A stretch of DNA of 64,000 nucleotides from Clostridiales bacterium (GCA_021204085.1 JAJPZY010000135.1:4851-68850); one strand, 5' to 3'; shown: positions 1-11,860, numbered from the stretch's first letter. A program made the numbers and translations. The notes: generated by a model from the letters alone, not told the origin.

Positions 1-2342
1 TCTCCAAGGCTGTCCACATTGTTCCGGATATTCTCCGGATAGGAGATGACCATGGGGCAGTTGAAGCTGTTCTGCTGGGCTTCACGCTCTTTCCGCTCAT
101 AATAAACACACGGATAAAAAATAGTGTCAACGTCATGGCGGGCCAGCCACTCGATATGCCCATGGGCCAGTTTTGCCGGGTAGCATTCGGACTCACTCGG
201 TATGGAGTCCATGCCCATGCGGAACACTGCCCGGTCTGAGTAAGGGGACAGAATTGTCCGGAAACCCAGCTGCTTAAAAAACACCGCCCAGAAAGGGTAG
301 TCTTCATACAGGTTTAAAACGCGGGGGATGCCGATTGTCCCCCGGTATGCTTCTTCTTTTGTCAGTGTATCATAGGAAAACAGACGCCTGCGCTTGTACT
401 CGAACAAATTCGGCGCGTGGTTTACAGTCTCTTTGTTCTGCAGACCCTTTTCACAGCGGTTGCCGGAGATATAACGCGCACTGTCCGGGAACACATTGAT
501 CGTCAGGCGGCATCTGTTTGAGCAGCCATGGCAGTGCATCGTCTGTGTCTCATAGGAAAACGCTGCGATTTCCGCTTCGGACAGTACGGAAGAAGGCTGT
601 CCCTGGTAACGTTCTTTTGCCAGAAGCGCTGCGCCGAATGCACCCATCAGCCCGGCGATATCCGGGCGGATGGCCTCATGTCCCGCGGTCAGTTCAAAGC
701 AGCGGAGTACCGCATCATTGTAAAATGTGCCTCCCTGAACGACAAATTTTTCGCCGAGGACGGATACATCTTTCAGTTTGATTACCTTAAACAGTGCGTT
801 TTTTATGACGGAGTAGGCCAGACCTGCAGCGATATCCTCTACCTTTGCGCCCTCCTTCTGCGCCTGTTTTACGTTGGAATTCATAAATACCGTGCAGCGG
901 GTGCCGAGGTCGACCGGGTCCGTTGCAGCCACTGCTTTCGCTGCAAATTCCTCCGCAGTGCAGCCCAGGGAATTGGCAAAATTTTCAATAAAAGACCCGC
1001 AGCCGGAGGAGCAGGCCTCATTCAGAATGATGGAGTCCACGCTGCCGTTTTTGATGGTGATGCATTTCATGTCCTGCCCGCCGATGTCAAGGATGCAATC
1101 CACATCCGGCTCAAAATACCGGGCTGCGCAGTAATGGGAGATGGTCTCCACTTCTCCCTCATCCAGGTGGAATGCATGTTTTAACAAATCCTCCCCGTAG
1201 CCGGTGGAACAGGAATACGCAATCTTCGCCTTTGGCCCCATATGGCCAAATAAATCCAGCAGGGCATCCTTCGCGACCATGAGCGGATTGCCCCGGTTGC
1301 TTCCGTAATAAGAATATAACAGCTTCCCATCCTCCGAGATCACTGCCAGTTTCATGGTGGTAGAACCCGCATCAATGCCAAGGTAACAGTTCCCCTCATA
1401 TCCATCAAGCGAACCTTTGGGAACCGTGTATTGGTTTTGGCGAGTCTTAAATTTCTCGTATTCCTCCTCTGAGGAAAACAGCGGCTCCAGATGGTTCATT
1501 TCCGATTTTACTGTACCTTCGGCCTGCAGCATCCCGACAAGATCCGCCAACAGGACCGGCTTGCCCTTTGCGCCCGCGGCAGCGGCGCCCATTGCAGCAA
1601 AAAGGTGGGCAGACTCCGGTAGGACTGCATTTTCCTCCGTCAGTGACAATGTACGGATAAATGCATTCCGAAGCTCCGGAAGGAAATGGAGCGGCCCGCC
1701 CAGGAACACAACTTTTCCCTCGATTTTACGGCCGCAGGCAAGCCCGCTGATTGTCTGGTTTACAACTGCCTGAAAAATACTGGCTGCAAGGTTTTCCCTG
1801 GAAACACCGTCGTTGATCAGCGGCTGGATGTCACTTTTGGCAAAAACGCCGCACCGCGCCGCAATCGGATAGATCTCCGTGTAAGAAGCAGCGTATGTAT
1901 TCAGGCCGGCTGCGTCCGTCTGCAGGAGGGAGGCCATCTGGTCGATAAATGCTCCCGTGCCGCCCGCGCAAATACCGTTCATCCTCTGGTCGACACCATT
2001 TCTCAGGAAAATGATCTTGGCGTCCTCGCCGCCCAGTTCGATGACTACATCAGCATCAGGAACGGTTGCCTGCACGGCCGAGGTTACGGCAATGACTTCC
2101 TGAGTGAATTCCACATTCATATACTTTGCAAGGGCGAGCCCTCCGCTGCCGGTGACCGCGATGGTACAGCGCCGGTCACCGATCTGCGCATATACTTCTT
2201 CCAGCATACTTTTTACTGTATTTTTAATATCTGCAAAGTGACGCTGGTACTTTCCGTAGACGATGGTTCCTTCTTTGTTTACCGCTACCACTTTCGCGGT
2301 GGTAGAGCCGATGTCAATGCCGATAGAATAACTGCTTTCCAT
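1..2342 (-). CDS. 2-hydroxyacyl-CoA dehydratase activase-like protein (tandem BadF/BadG/BcrA/BcrD ATPase domains plus DUF2229-type region); runs off the left edge
   Basis: Manual minus-strand translation from ATG at 2342: [21 protein letters not shown]..., later [11 protein letters not shown] and [17 protein letters not shown]. It is absent from the ORF track because its stop lies outside the window. Confidence 0.88.
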   Translation of the reverse strand, partial: MESSYSIGIDIGSTTAKVVAVNKEGTIVYGKYQRHFADIKNTVKSMLEEVYAQIGDRRCTIAVTGSGGLALAKYMNVEFTQEVIAVTSAVQATVPDADVVIELGGEDAKIIFLRNGVDQRMNGICAGGTGAFIDQMASLLQTDAAGLNTYAASYTEIYPIAARCGVFAKSDIQPLINDGVSRENLAASIFQAVVNQTISGLACGRKIEGKVVFLGGPLHFLPELRNAFIRTLSLTEENAVLPESAHLFAAMGAAAAGAKGKPVLLADLVGMLQAEGTVKSEMNHLEPLFSSEEEYEKFKTRQNQYTVPKGSLDGYEGNCYLGIDAGSTTMKLAVISEDGKLLYSYYGSNRGNPLMVAKDALLDLFGHMGPKAKIAYSCSTGYGEDLLKHAFHLDEGEVETISHYCAARYFEPDVDCILDIGGQDMKCITIKNGSVDSIILNEACSSGCGSFIENFANSLGCTAEEFAAKAVAATDPVDLGTRCTVFMNSNVKQAQKEGAKVEDIAAGLAYSVIKNALFKVIKLKDVSVLGEKFVVQGGTFYNDAVLRCFELTAGHEAIRPDIAGLMGAFGAALLAKERYQGQPSSVLSEAEIAAFSYETQTMHCHGCSNRCRLTINVFPDSARYISGNRCEKGLQNKETVNHAPNLFEYKRRRLFSYDTLTKEEAYRGTIGIPRVLNLYEDYPFWAVFFKQLGFRTILSPYSDRAVFRMGMDSIPSESECYPAKLAHGHIEWLARHDVDTIFYPCVYYERKEREAQQNSFNCPMVISYPENIRNNVDSLG

Positions 2343-2396
2343 TTATATATTGAAATCTCCTTTGTGATTTATATCCGTTTTATCATATGATTCCTT

Positions 2397-3422
2397 TTAA
2401 TTAAAGGCAACGAATTTATGGCACAGCCTGTAGCAGAGGATCGCAAATCGCCGTCCTGCCTTCCCCGGGACATTGATAAATACCGCCAGGCTTCGGTAGT
2501 GCAGGCGGTTCGCAAGAGGACGGTTTCTTTTCTTAAGGTCTATCCACATATCCCGGATCATGCGGTCTGCCTCCGGCGTATCATTCAGGCGGGTAAATGC
2601 GGTAGCCAGAAGTACAAAGAAAACGAGCGCATGATAAAGATATTTTGCCAGGTGGGGTTCTTTTTTCCTCAGGGTTGACAGATCACAGGACTCAAACATC
2701 AGGGTAGTCACCAGAATCTGGTGTTGGCACCTTTTTTTCAGAATCTCTTCCGCCACGGACTGTCCTTCCCGGCCAATAAGATAATGGTAAAGATCCGCAT
2801 CCAGATAAGCCATGCGGCGAACCTTCCGGAGCGGAAGGAAGGCAAAAAGGTTATCTTCATAAAAAGTATGCTCCGGCAGCTCAATTCTACAGTCCCTTAA
2901 GAGCTGTGTCCGGTGCGTGGATGCGTGCATGCAAAGATACTGCCAAGGTTGGAAACGTTTCGTTTCGCTCCATCTCAGAATTTTCTCCTGCGTAAAAACA
3001 TTCCTGTAGCTGATCACATGGTTGAGTGAAGGGTTAATATTGTCATATACATAATTGGTTACCAGCAGATCCACGCCGCCCTCTGCCTCCAGTTGCTCCA
3101 GCAGCGCTAGCGTTTGCGCCAGTGCATCCTCATCCAGCCAGTCATCCGAATCCACAACTTTAAAATACAGTCCCCGTGCTTCCCTGAGCCCGTGGTTAAT
3201 TCCTGCACCGTGGCCGCCGTTCTCCTGGGTCAGGACACGGCAGATGCCCGGATACTGTGCCTCATATTGTGAAGCAATCTCCCCGGTACGGTCGGTGGAA
3301 CCGTCATTGACAATGAGTATCTCCGCCCGCTCCCCGGCGTTGAGCAGGCTGTCAATGCAGCGGCACATATATGCCTCAGAATTGTAGCATGGAACAGTAA
3401 ATGTAATTAATTTCCCGGTCAT
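2397..3422 (-). CDS. Glycosyltransferase family 2 protein
   Basis: N-terminal TVPCYNSEAY...VNDGSTD, GGHGAGIN and a VDSDD DxD motif. Confidence 0.9.
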   Translation of the reverse strand: MTGKLITFTVPCYNSEAYMCRCIDSLLNAGERAEILIVNDGSTDRTGEIASQYEAQYPGICRVLTQENGGHGAGINHGLREARGLYFKVVDSDDWLDEDALAQTLALLEQLEAEGGVDLLVTNYVYDNINPSLNHVISYRNVFTQEKILRWSETKRFQPWQYLCMHASTHRTQLLRDCRIELPEHTFYEDNLFAFLPLRKVRRMAYLDADLYHYLIGREGQSVAEEILKKRCQHQILVTTLMFESCDLSTLRKKEPHLAKYLYHALVFFVLLATAFTRLNDTPEADRMIRDMWIDLKKRNRPLANRLHYRSLAVFINVPGKAGRRFAILCYRLCHKFVAFN

Positions 3423-3744
3423 AATGATTTCTCCTGCGTATCATGACAGTACAGATTTCTTCTATTATCTACCCGATTTTTATCCTTTTCAAATAAAAGT
3501 TTCATAAAAATAATATAAAATAGGAAGGAAAAACTGATAAAACGGAAAGCGTTTGAAAAGTTCTTATATGAAAATATTGAAATATAGGCTTTTATGGACT
3601 TTTGAGTTTTGATATGGTAATATATATCTACTGTATTAAGGCTTTTTTTCCTTTAACGAGGGAGAACCCAAAAAGAGAGGAAGAAAAAAGTAGAAAGGTA
3701 AAAACCAAGGAAAATCAAGGGTTTGAGAAAGGTATTAAGAAAAA

Positions 3745-4845
3745 ATGAAATTAGGCATTGTTGGTCTTCCGAACGTCGGTAAGAGCACACTTTTTAATTC
3801 TTTAACGAAGGCCGGAGCGGAGTCGGCGAATTATCCGTTTTGCACGATTGACCCGAACATCGGTATTGTGGCGGTGCCGGACGAGCGGATTCGTCTGCTG
3901 GGGGAGATGTATCATTCCAAAAAGGTGACCCCGGCGGTGATCGAGTTTGTGGATATCGCAGGTCTGGTGAAGGGCGCCAGCAAGGGCGAGGGCCTCGGCA
4001 ACCAGTTTCTGGCAAATATCCGTGAGGTGGATGCAATCGTTCATGTGGTGCGTTGTTTTGAGGATCCGAACGTTGTTCATGTGGATGGCAGCGTGAATCC
4101 GGCGAGGGATATAGAGACGATTAATTTTGAATTGATTTTCTCCGATCTGGAGATTCTGGAGCGGCGGCTTGCGAAAGTCGGCCGGACGGCCCGGATGGAT
4201 AAAAAAGCGGCTCGCGAGGAGGATCTTATTAAGCGTCTGAAAGAGCATCTGGAGGGTGGAAAGCCCGCGAAGACATTTGAGATTGGCGAAGATGAGGATG
4301 ATATGGCATGGTTTGCCTCTTACAATCTCCTTACGGCAAAGCCGGTAATCTATGCGGCCAATGTGTCTGAGGATGACCTGGCGGATGACGGCGCTTCCAA
4401 TGCTTTCGTGCAGTCCGTTCGCGAGATGGCGGCAGAGGAAGGCAGTGAGGTGTTTGCGCTTTGCGCAAGCATTGAGGCGGAGATGGCGGAGCTGGATGAT
4501 GAGGAGCGCGAGATGTTCCTGGAAGAGCTGGAAATCGCCCGATCCGGTCTGGATAAGCTGATTGAGGCCAGCTACAGCCTGCTGGGATTGATGAGTTTCC
4601 TTACTGCGGGTGAGGATGAGACCCGTGCCTGGACGATTAAAAAGGGTACGAAGGCTCCTCAGGCGGCCGGAAAGATTCACACCGATTTTGAGAGAGGATT
4701 TATCCGTGCGGAAGTGGTCAACTATAAGAACCTTCTGGAATGCGGGTCACTGGCGGCAGCGCGGGAGAAGGGGCTTGTCGGTCTCGAGGGAAAGGATTAT
4801 GTTGTGCAGGATGGGGATGTGATTCTGTTCCGATTTAACGTATAG
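3745..4845 (+). CDS. ychF: Obg-family ATPase YchF
   Basis: [45 protein letters not shown] and a C-terminal TGS domain ending FRFNV. Confidence 0.97.
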   Translation: MKLGIVGLPNVGKSTLFNSLTKAGAESANYPFCTIDPNIGIVAVPDERIRLLGEMYHSKKVTPAVIEFVDIAGLVKGASKGEGLGNQFLANIREVDAIVHVVRCFEDPNVVHVDGSVNPARDIETINFELIFSDLEILERRLAKVGRTARMDKKAAREEDLIKRLKEHLEGGKPAKTFEIGEDEDDMAWFASYNLLTAKPVIYAANVSEDDLADDGASNAFVQSVREMAAEEGSEVFALCASIEAEMAELDDEEREMFLEELEIARSGLDKLIEASYSLLGLMSFLTAGEDETRAWTIKKGTKAPQAAGKIHTDFERGFIRAEVVNYKNLLECGSLAAAREKGLVGLEGKDYVVQDGDVILFRFNV

Positions 4846-4949
4846 TGACATCAAAGTATGGAAAAATCAGGGCAGCACATGGCGATCAGTGAATCCTTCA
4901 CATTTCCCGGAGAAACGCATACAATAAGAAAAACGGCAGAAGGTTTTTT

Positions 4950-5204
4950 ATGCGGATATCTGAATTTATGCAGAAGGAAGTTGTCAATATTTCGGATGGC
5001 AAGTGTCTGGGCTGTATCAATGACCTGATTTTTGATGAGTGTCAGGGACGGATAAAGGCATTGGCTATTCGCGGGCCGGCGAAGTTTTTTCATTGTATCG
5101 GATACGATAGCGAGTATGTGGTGGACTGGGAGCAGATTGTCCGAATCGGTCCGGATGTGATACTTGTGGAAGTATGTGCCGACAGGATTTTGCGGAAACT
5201 TTAG
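4950..5204 (+). CDS. YlmC/YmxH-family sporulation protein (PRC-barrel)
   Basis: MRISEFMQKEVVNISDGKCLG...W..IVRIGPDVILVE pattern, 84 aa, directly upstream of nrdR. Confidence 0.85.
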   Translation: MRISEFMQKEVVNISDGKCLGCINDLIFDECQGRIKALAIRGPAKFFHCIGYDSEYVVDWEQIVRIGPDVILVEVCADRILRKL

Positions 5205-5259
5205 CAATGGAATTCTGGTAACTTTTGAGTGAGTTTCAAGTAACAGGAGGCGTGACATC

Positions 5260-5721
5260 ATGAAATGTCCATATTGCAGCAGTGACAATACGCGGGTGAT
5301 CGATTCCAGACCGGCGGATGACAACACGGCGATTCGCCGCAGAAGGCACTGTGATGATTGCGGAAAGCGGTTTACGACGTTTGAAAAAGTAGAGACGATT
5401 CCGCTGATGATCATCAAAAAAGATAATACCAGAGAGCAGTATGACCGTTCGAAAATCGAGGCGGGTGTGCTTCGGGCCTGTTATAAGCGCCCGATCTCAG
5501 CAGATCAGATTAACCATCTGGTGGATGAAGTCGAGACGGAAATCTACAGCCGTGCGGATAAGGAAATCCCCAGCAGTATCATCGGAGAACTGGTCATGGA
5601 CAAGCTGAAGGATCTCGAAGCAGTTGCCTATGTCCGTTTTGCTTCGGTATATCGGGAGTTCAAGGATGTGAACACCTTTGTCAATGAACTCAAAAAGATG
5701 TTGGATAACGAGGATAAGTAG
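5260..5721 (+). CDS. nrdR: Transcriptional repressor NrdR
   Basis: MKCPYC...IRRRRHCDDCGKRFTTFE zinc ribbon, ATP-cone and VAYVRFASVY. Confidence 0.97.
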   Translation: MKCPYCSSDNTRVIDSRPADDNTAIRRRRHCDDCGKRFTTFEKVETIPLMIIKKDNTREQYDRSKIEAGVLRACYKRPISADQINHLVDEVETEIYSRADKEIPSSIIGELVMDKLKDLEAVAYVRFASVYREFKDVNTFVNELKKMLDNEDK

Positions 5722-5724
5722 GAG

Positions 5725-6276
5725 ATGTTTCAGAAATTTTATCCTGATATTTATGTGGATTCCGCATATACGATTGATTATGAAGGACTTTACGCGGATG
5801 GTTACCGCGGTCTGATCTTCGACATTGACAATACTCTGGTAACCCACGGTGCTCCGGCGGACGAGCGGGCAATTGCATTGTTTGCGCATTTGAAAGAGCT
5901 GGGTTTCCGATGCTGTTTTTTATCAAATAATAAAGAACCGCGCGTGAAAATGTTCAATGATGCCGTTCATATGCAGTATATCTTCGATGCGCATAAGCCC
6001 TCGGTTTCCGGATATGAGCAGGCGATGGAGCTCATGGGCACCGACAAAGATACGACCATTTTCATCGGGGATCAGATTTTTACAGATGTATTTGGTGCAA
6101 ATCGAACAGGTATACCATCCATCATGGTAAAGTACATATACTGGAAAGAGGAAATCCAGATTGTGTTAAAGCGCAGGCTTGAGGCCATCATTATGCTGGG
6201 GTATCGGCGATATCGGCGAAAACATCGCACGACAGCCCGCGGAGCGTACTTTCACAGTAAGGATTTCAAAACATAA
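5725..6276 (+). CDS. YqeG-family HAD IIIA phosphatase
   Basis: IFDIDNTL, SNN, AHKP and IGDQIFTDV motifs. Confidence 0.88.
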   Translation: MFQKFYPDIYVDSAYTIDYEGLYADGYRGLIFDIDNTLVTHGAPADERAIALFAHLKELGFRCCFLSNNKEPRVKMFNDAVHMQYIFDAHKPSVSGYEQAMELMGTDKDTTIFIGDQIFTDVFGANRTGIPSIMVKYIYWKEEIQIVLKRRLEAIIMLGYRRYRRKHRTTARGAYFHSKDFKT

Positions 6277-6326
6277 AAAGGATATCGAAACGTAAATGGG
6301 AGCATACATACAAGAAAGGAGAGCGT

Positions 6327-6758
6327 ATGCGAATCGTAATTTCTAATGATCATGCAGCCGTAGATATGAAGTTTGAAATCAAAGATTATCTGGAAAGTCT
6401 CGGACATGAGGTGATTGATGTCGGCGCGCAGGACAAAGCCAGCTGTCATTATCCGGAATACGGCGCGAAGGCCGGGCGGATGGTAGCCAGCGGAGAAGTC
6501 GACTGCGGCGTCCTGATCTGCGGCACCGGAGTGGGAATTTCCATTGCTGCAAATAAGATCAAAGGCGTTCGGGCGGCAGCCTGTTCCGATCCGGTCACTG
6601 CACGGCTGGTGAAAGAGCATAATCATGCGAATATGATTGCCTTTGGTGAGCGGATCGTAGGCATAGAGACGGCAAAAGCGATTATTGATGCCTGGCTGAA
6701 TGCAGAGTGCATGGGCGGAAGACATCAGATTCGGGTAGATATGCTGGATGCAATGTAA
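6327..6758 (+). CDS. rpiB: Ribose-5-phosphate isomerase B
   Basis: NDH, ICGTGVGISIAANKIKGVRA, HNHAN and GGRH motifs. Confidence 0.93.
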   Translation: MRIVISNDHAAVDMKFEIKDYLESLGHEVIDVGAQDKASCHYPEYGAKAGRMVASGEVDCGVLICGTGVGISIAANKIKGVRAAACSDPVTARLVKEHNHANMIAFGERIVGIETAKAIIDAWLNAECMGGRHQIRVDMLDAM

Positions 6759-6765
6759 AAATAAC

Positions 6766-6794
6766 TTGAAATCTATATCAGTTTCATATAGAAT
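6766..6794 (+). promoter_or_regulatory. sigmaA-type promoter of efp
   Basis: TTGAAA-17 bp-TAGAAT. Confidence 0.55.
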
Positions 6795-6940
6795 ATACAG
6801 AAGCAGGGCTGTTTGCAGAACGAGAGATGTAACGGACAGGAATCCGATGAGTGATAGAATTATCGGAATTGAGTCGTCGGCAGGATGACAAAAATGGTTA
6901 TACTGTAGTTGACAGCCGAAGATACAAGGAGGATTATGAG

Positions 6941-7501
6941 ATGGCAGATGCAGGAAGTGTTATTAAAAAAGGAGTTACCATTGAGCTGGAGGGTAAAGTA
7001 TACCGTGTAGAAGATTTCCAGCATGTAAAGCCGGGTAAGGGCGCTGCGTTTATCCGCACAAAGTTAAAAGACGTGATCAACGGCGGTGTGGTGGAGAAGT
7101 CTTTCCGCCCCGCAGAGAATGTAGATACCGCTCATGTGGAGAGAACAGTGAAGCAGTATCTGTATAATGATGATGATTTTTATTATTTCATGGATTCCGA
7201 GACTTATGAGCAGGTGGATCTTCCCCGCGACAGCGTGAGCGATGAGATGAAGTTTGTCAAGGAAAATGAGAATGTCAACATGCTTGCTCACAACGGGAAT
7301 ATTTTCGCAGTAGAGCCGCCGCTGTTTGTTGAGCTTGAGATCACCGAGACAGAGCCCGGATTCAAGGGCAACACCGCTACAGGCACCTATAAGCCCGCTA
7401 CCGTCGAGACCGGCGCGCAGGTGATGGTTCCGTTGTTTGTAAATCTCGGCGATAAGATCAAGATTGATACCAGAACCGGGGAGTATTTATCCAGAGTGTA
7501 A
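6941..7501 (+). CDS. efp: Elongation factor P (start moved to the ATG after the AGGAGG RBS)
   Basis: [23 protein letters not shown] and [13 protein letters not shown]. Confidence 0.96.
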   Translation: MADAGSVIKKGVTIELEGKVYRVEDFQHVKPGKGAAFIRTKLKDVINGGVVEKSFRPAENVDTAHVERTVKQYLYNDDDFYYFMDSETYEQVDLPRDSVSDEMKFVKENENVNMLAHNGNIFAVEPPLFVELEITETEPGFKGNTATGTYKPATVETGAQVMVPLFVNLGDKIKIDTRTGEYLSRV

Positions 7502-7624
7502 GTTGAGAGACCGGAACATATTTGTGCAGGATTTGAGAGGAGATTGATTGCAAATGCATCGTCTCCTCTTTTTCGTGTTGTCAGAGTCGGGTGGAATCAG
7601 AGCGGCATCAGCGTATTGGCGACA

Positions 7625-9124
7625 TTATATCTGGCTTTCCTGTGTGCCGTCCTCCTTATGTGTAGTCCTCCAAATGCACAGCAGCGACACCAGAGCAGCA
7701 AAAATCTGGCTTGTCAGCATTCCCCACAGATAAGCTTTCAGTCCAATGACAGGAATACCTGCCCAGATAAAGAAAATACGGATCAGCGAGGCTGCAAGAT
7801 TGATGATCAGTGTGGCGGTCGCACGGCCCATTCCGTGAAGAATGCTTCCCAGCGTGCTTCCGAGAAAAACAAACGGACAGATCCAGCAGAGTGTTTTTAA
7901 ATAAACCCCGGCAAGTGCATTGTGAAAGAGATGAACACCAATCCATTCGCCGGTGATAAGAAACGCGAAAGTGCAGGTAAATCCGAAAATGATACAGATT
8001 TCCACTGTCTGATGAACGACCCGGTTTATCTGATCTGTCTTTCCCTGCGTGCATGCTTTCGATATAGCGGGAAGCAGCATAACGGAGAGCGAGTTGCTGA
8101 TAACTGCCGGAAACATGATTGTGGAAAAGACCATGCCGGTGAGTATGCCGTAGACGCTTAGGGCATCCGATGCAGTGTAGCCGAAGACCCGCAGGGAGAA
8201 AGGGATCAGCAGTGCTTCAACACTGGAAAAAATGCTGCCGGCCAGACGGTTTGCAGTCAGGGGAAGCGCAACGGTACATAGGTTATGATAGATTTTGTAT
8301 ATGGATTTCAGGTGTGGAAGAAGAGTGCTTCGTCCGCAGGAAATCATGAAAGATCTCGTATGTTTCCTGCCGGATATAGGTTGGCTCGGAAAATTGATGT
8401 GTTGGCCGGATAATAAGATGTTATGATGCAGTCGTGATCGGCTGCTCCCTGATGTCAGCAGGAGCGCAGTCACACTGTACAAAACTGCGCCGGCTTCCCC
8501 AATCAGAATTCCCCAGACTGCGTCCGCAGCGGAGGGAAGTCTTCCCTGCTCCAGAGCAATCTGCATGAGCAGCCAGACGCCGAGAACCCGGATTCCCTGT
8601 TCGAAGAGTTGAGAAAATGCGGGAATCATGGTTTTCTTTTTCCCGTAATAGTAACCGTTGATGCAGGAGTGAATGCTTGCCAGAGGAATCGCCCAGGCCA
8701 TGATGAACAGAAAATCTTTTGCATTCATTCCTTCCATCATAATCTGACAAAACCAGTCTGCCTTCGTTCGGATAAGAGTTATGCTAAATAAGGAAAGCAG
8801 GATGGACATGGACAGACCGGCAAACAGATAGCCTCTTGCCTGACGGTCTGTTTTGCAGGTGGCGCAAAAACGCGAGACTGCCGTCTGGATGCCGGCGGAG
8901 GAGACGGAAAGAAACAGTGCAAAAACAGGGAAAATCAACTGATACATTCCCAGTCCCTCTGCACCAATCGTGCGCGACAGGAATATTTTATAGTAAAACC
9001 CGATAAATCTGCTGATGATTCCTGCAACAGTTAAAATCAGGGTACCAGAGACGAGACTGTTTTTGAAAAATTTATTTTTCTTCAATATGGGTTCCGTTTT
9101 TTGTTTTTCTGTTCCTGCTATCAT
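7625..9124 (-). CDS. SpoVB-like MOP/polysaccharide-biosynthesis flippase (start uncertain: ATG 9124 or TTG 9085)
   Basis: GTLILTVAGIISRFIGFYYKIFLSRTIGAEGLGMYQL N-terminus and many transmembrane segments. Confidence 0.85.
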   Translation of the reverse strand: MIAGTEKQKTEPILKKNKFFKNSLVSGTLILTVAGIISRFIGFYYKIFLSRTIGAEGLGMYQLIFPVFALFLSVSSAGIQTAVSRFCATCKTDRQARGYLFAGLSMSILLSLFSITLIRTKADWFCQIMMEGMNAKDFLFIMAWAIPLASIHSCINGYYYGKKKTMIPAFSQLFEQGIRVLGVWLLMQIALEQGRLPSAADAVWGILIGEAGAVLYSVTALLLTSGSSRSRLHHNILLSGQHINFPSQPISGRKHTRSFMISCGRSTLLPHLKSIYKIYHNLCTVALPLTANRLAGSIFSSVEALLIPFSLRVFGYTASDALSVYGILTGMVFSTIMFPAVISNSLSVMLLPAISKACTQGKTDQINRVVHQTVEICIIFGFTCTFAFLITGEWIGVHLFHNALAGVYLKTLCWICPFVFLGSTLGSILHGMGRATATLIINLAASLIRIFFIWAGIPVIGLKAYLWGMLTSQIFAALVSLLCIWRTTHKEDGTQESQI

Positions 9125-9168
9125 ATGCGCAGTTTTATCGGAAAATGAAAGCTGTAAAGGAAATTTTA

Positions 9169-10443
9169 ATGAATCGGACAATATATCTGGACAATGCGGC
9201 AACTACGCAGCCGTTTCCGGAAGTGCTGGATGCAATGCTTCCGTACTATGGCGCGAACTATGGAAATCCATCCTCTGCCTATGAACTGGGGGAGGAGAGT
9301 AAGCGGGCGGTGGAGGAGGCCAGAGGCATAATAGCGGATACGCTTCATGCTGAGCCGGAGACGATATATTTCACTTCGGGAGGAACGGAGTCTGATAACT
9401 GGGCGCTGCGGTATGCCGCAAGTATTGCGATGGCAGATAAATCAGGGGAGGATGTTTTTAAACAGGAAAAATATTTTATTGAGAAAACGTATGAGTACGG
9501 AACCGGGAAAAAAGAGGGCGTCGATGGAAGATACAGGTATGACACGAAAAGAGAAATGAGTCCGCATATTATCACAAGTTCTGTGGAACATCATGCAATT
9601 CTTCGCGCCTGTGAAGCTTTGGAAAAAGAAGGTCTGAGGGTAGCATATCTGCCTGTAAATAGTGACGGAATCGTCGACCTGTCCCTACTTGAGCAGTGGA
9701 TCGGTTCAAGTACGGTGCTGGTTTCCGTTATGTTTGCAAATAATGAGATCGGAACTCTTCAGCCCGTTCGTCAGGCCGCAGAGATTGCGCACCGGCACGG
9801 TGCATTGTTTCATACGGATGCGGTGCAGGCATACGGTCAGGTTCCCATTGATCCGCAGCAGCTTGGCATAGATTTGCTGTCTGCCAGTGGACATAAGCTG
9901 AACGGGCCGAAAGGAATCGGTTTTCTGTATGCGGGAAAAGGATTGGAAATCAGTTCGATGATCCGCGGAGGTATGCAGGAAAAAGGAAAACGAGCCGGTA
10001 CAGAGAACGTGCCAGGTATTGTCGGTCTGGGATGTGCCGCCCGGATGTCCCATCAGATGATGAAGCAGAAAGTATACAGGGAAACATCTCTCAGAAATTA
10101 TTTTATCCGCAGATTGCTGACGGAAATCAGAGACGTAAAGATAAATGGCAGTATGCAGATGCGCCTGCCGAATAACATCAACTGCTGTATCCGCGGTGTG
10201 GACGGCAGCGCTCTGGTAGCCCTGCTTGATCTGGAAGGAATCTGTATTTCCGCTGCCTCCGCCTGTCAGACGGGCAGCGGCGAATCTTCCCATGTACAGC
10301 TGGCCATCGGCAACACATCCGCAGAAGCGCGGTCTGCCATCCGTATTACACTCGGACCTCAGACCACACGGGACGAGCTCGACATCACGGTCGACACGCT
10401 TAAACAAATTGTTGCGAGACTTCGCGATACAGAGATTGAATAA
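9169..10443 (+). CDS. iscS: Cysteine desulfurase, IscS/NifS family
   Basis: YLDNAATT, FTSGGTESDN, HTDAVQ, SGHK (PLP lysine) and SAASAC (catalytic Cys). Confidence 0.9.
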   Translation: MNRTIYLDNAATTQPFPEVLDAMLPYYGANYGNPSSAYELGEESKRAVEEARGIIADTLHAEPETIYFTSGGTESDNWALRYAASIAMADKSGEDVFKQEKYFIEKTYEYGTGKKEGVDGRYRYDTKREMSPHIITSSVEHHAILRACEALEKEGLRVAYLPVNSDGIVDLSLLEQWIGSSTVLVSVMFANNEIGTLQPVRQAAEIAHRHGALFHTDAVQAYGQVPIDPQQLGIDLLSASGHKLNGPKGIGFLYAGKGLEISSMIRGGMQEKGKRAGTENVPGIVGLGCAARMSHQMMKQKVYRETSLRNYFIRRLLTEIRDVKINGSMQMRLPNNINCCIRGVDGSALVALLDLEGICISAASACQTGSGESSHVQLAIGNTSAEARSAIRITLGPQTTRDELDITVDTLKQIVARLRDTEIE

Positions 10444-10454
10444 ATGTTCGGGTA

Positions 10455-10496
10455 GGATGCAGAAGAGGGAGATATATATCTCCCTCTTCTGCATCC
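10455..10496. terminator. Perfect 42-bp palindrome between convergent iscS and pyrI; probable bidirectional terminator
   Basis: ggatgcagaagagggagatat|atatctccctcttctgcatcc. Confidence 0.7.
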
Positions 10497-10512
10497 GTCC
10501 AACAAATTAAAT

Positions 10513-10941
10513 TTAGTTCTTCTTATACTTCGTTTCGCAGTATTTACACCGGTAGATCTCTTTCTCCGGATCCGTCAGATAGAATATCTGATCCAGCTCC
10601 TGCTCAATCGAAGAAATGCACCGCGGGTTCTTGCAACGGATGATATTCTTGATCTTCAGCGGCAGCTGCAGATCCTTCTTTTCCACAATTTTCTCATCTT
10701 TGATAATATTGACTGTGATATTGTGATCGATAAACCCGACAAAGTCGATATCGATCAGCGCCGGATCACACTCGATTTTCAAAATATCTTTTTTGCCCAT
10801 CTTGTTGCTGCGGGCGTTCATGATCATGGCAACCTGGCAGTCCAGATCTGCCAGTTTTAAGTAATCGTAGATGGCGAGGCTGGTGCCGGCTTTGATATGG
10901 TCCAGAACATAACCCTCTTTAATTGCGCCTACATTTAACAT
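10513..10941 (-). CDS. pyrI: Aspartate carbamoyltransferase regulatory chain
   Basis: GYVLDHI, KKDILKIE and zinc motif CKNPRC...CKYC; adjacent to pyrB. Confidence 0.93.
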   Translation of the reverse strand: MLNVGAIKEGYVLDHIKAGTSLAIYDYLKLADLDCQVAMIMNARSNKMGKKDILKIECDPALIDIDFVGFIDHNITVNIIKDEKIVEKKDLQLPLKIKNIIRCKNPRCISSIEQELDQIFYLTDPEKEIYRCKYCETKYKKN

Positions 10942-10942
10942 C

Positions 10943-11860
10943 TTATACCTCCACTTCCAGCAATGTGAGGATCAGCGCCATACGTACATAAACGCCGTAC
11001 CTTGCCTGCTTAAAATAAACGGCTCTCGGGTCATCGTCCACCTCAACGGAAATCTCATTGACACGGGGAAGGGGATGCAGTACCAGCATATCCTTCGGAG
11101 CCAGTTCCATTTTTTCTTTGTTCAGGATGTAGAAATCCTTCATGCGGATATAATCTTCTTCATTGAAGAAGCGCTCGCGCTGTACGCGGGTCATGTAAAG
11201 AATGTCGAGTTCAGGGAGCGCGTCCTCCAGGCGGACAACCTCTTTAAACGGAATGTTTCCCCGTACCAGGACCTCATCATGGAGGTTGCTGGGAATCCGC
11301 AGTTCTTCCGGGGAAATCAGATCAAACTTGATGCCCGGATACCGAATCAGAGCGTGAATCAGGGAGTGGACGGTACGTCCGAACTTCAGGTCGCCGCACA
11401 GACCGATGGTCAGGTGGTCCAGACGGCCTTTTAAGCTGTAGATAGTCAGTAAATCTGTCAGCGTCTGAGTGGGGTGCTGATGCCCGCCGTCTCCGGCATT
11501 GATAACCGGGATGGTGGCTTTTTCCGATGCTACGAGCGGAGCGCCCTCCTTGGGATGACGCATTGCGCAGATGTCTGCATATTCGGAGATTACGCGAATT
11601 GTGTCGGAAACGCTCTCACCCTTTGAAGCGGAAGAATTTGCTGCGTCTGAAAAACCGAGCACCTGGCCGCCGAGATGAAGCATGGCGGATTCAAAGCTTA
11701 ATCGCGTGCGGGTGCTGGGCTCATAAAAGCAGGTGGCCAGAATTTTCCCGTCACAGGCATGCGCATATTTTTCCGGATGTTTTTCGATGTCGTTGGCCAG
11801 CCGAAGAAGCTCGTCCAGCTCTTCCACCGAAAAATCAAGCGGGCTGATCAGATGTCTCAT
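10943..11860 (-). CDS. pyrB: Aspartate carbamoyltransferase catalytic chain
   Basis: [20 protein letters not shown] and HPLPRVNEI. Confidence 0.97.
   Translation of the reverse strand: MRHLISPLDFSVEELDELLRLANDIEKHPEKYAHACDGKILATCFYEPSTRTRLSFESAMLHLGGQVLGFSDAANSSASKGESVSDTIRVISEYADICAMRHPKEGAPLVASEKATIPVINAGDGGHQHPTQTLTDLLTIYSLKGRLDHLTIGLCGDLKFGRTVHSLIHALIRYPGIKFDLISPEELRIPSNLHDEVLVRGNIPFKEVVRLEDALPELDILYMTRVQRERFFNEEDYIRMKDFYILNKEKMELAPKDMLVLHPLPRVNEISVEVDDDPRAVYFKQARYGVYVRMALILTLLEVEV

Noticed and set aside
528-2390. Plus-strand ORFs 528-1184 and 1686-2390
   Set aside because: They are antisense shadows of the long minus-strand activase gene (1-2342), which carries recognisable motifs.
9169-11860. 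Functional link of iscS (sulfur) and pyrBI (carbamoyl phosphate use) to the hyp/nif-like cluster
   Set aside because: They are separate transcription units with common housekeeping roles, separated from the cluster by lacZ. Proximity alone is not evidence.
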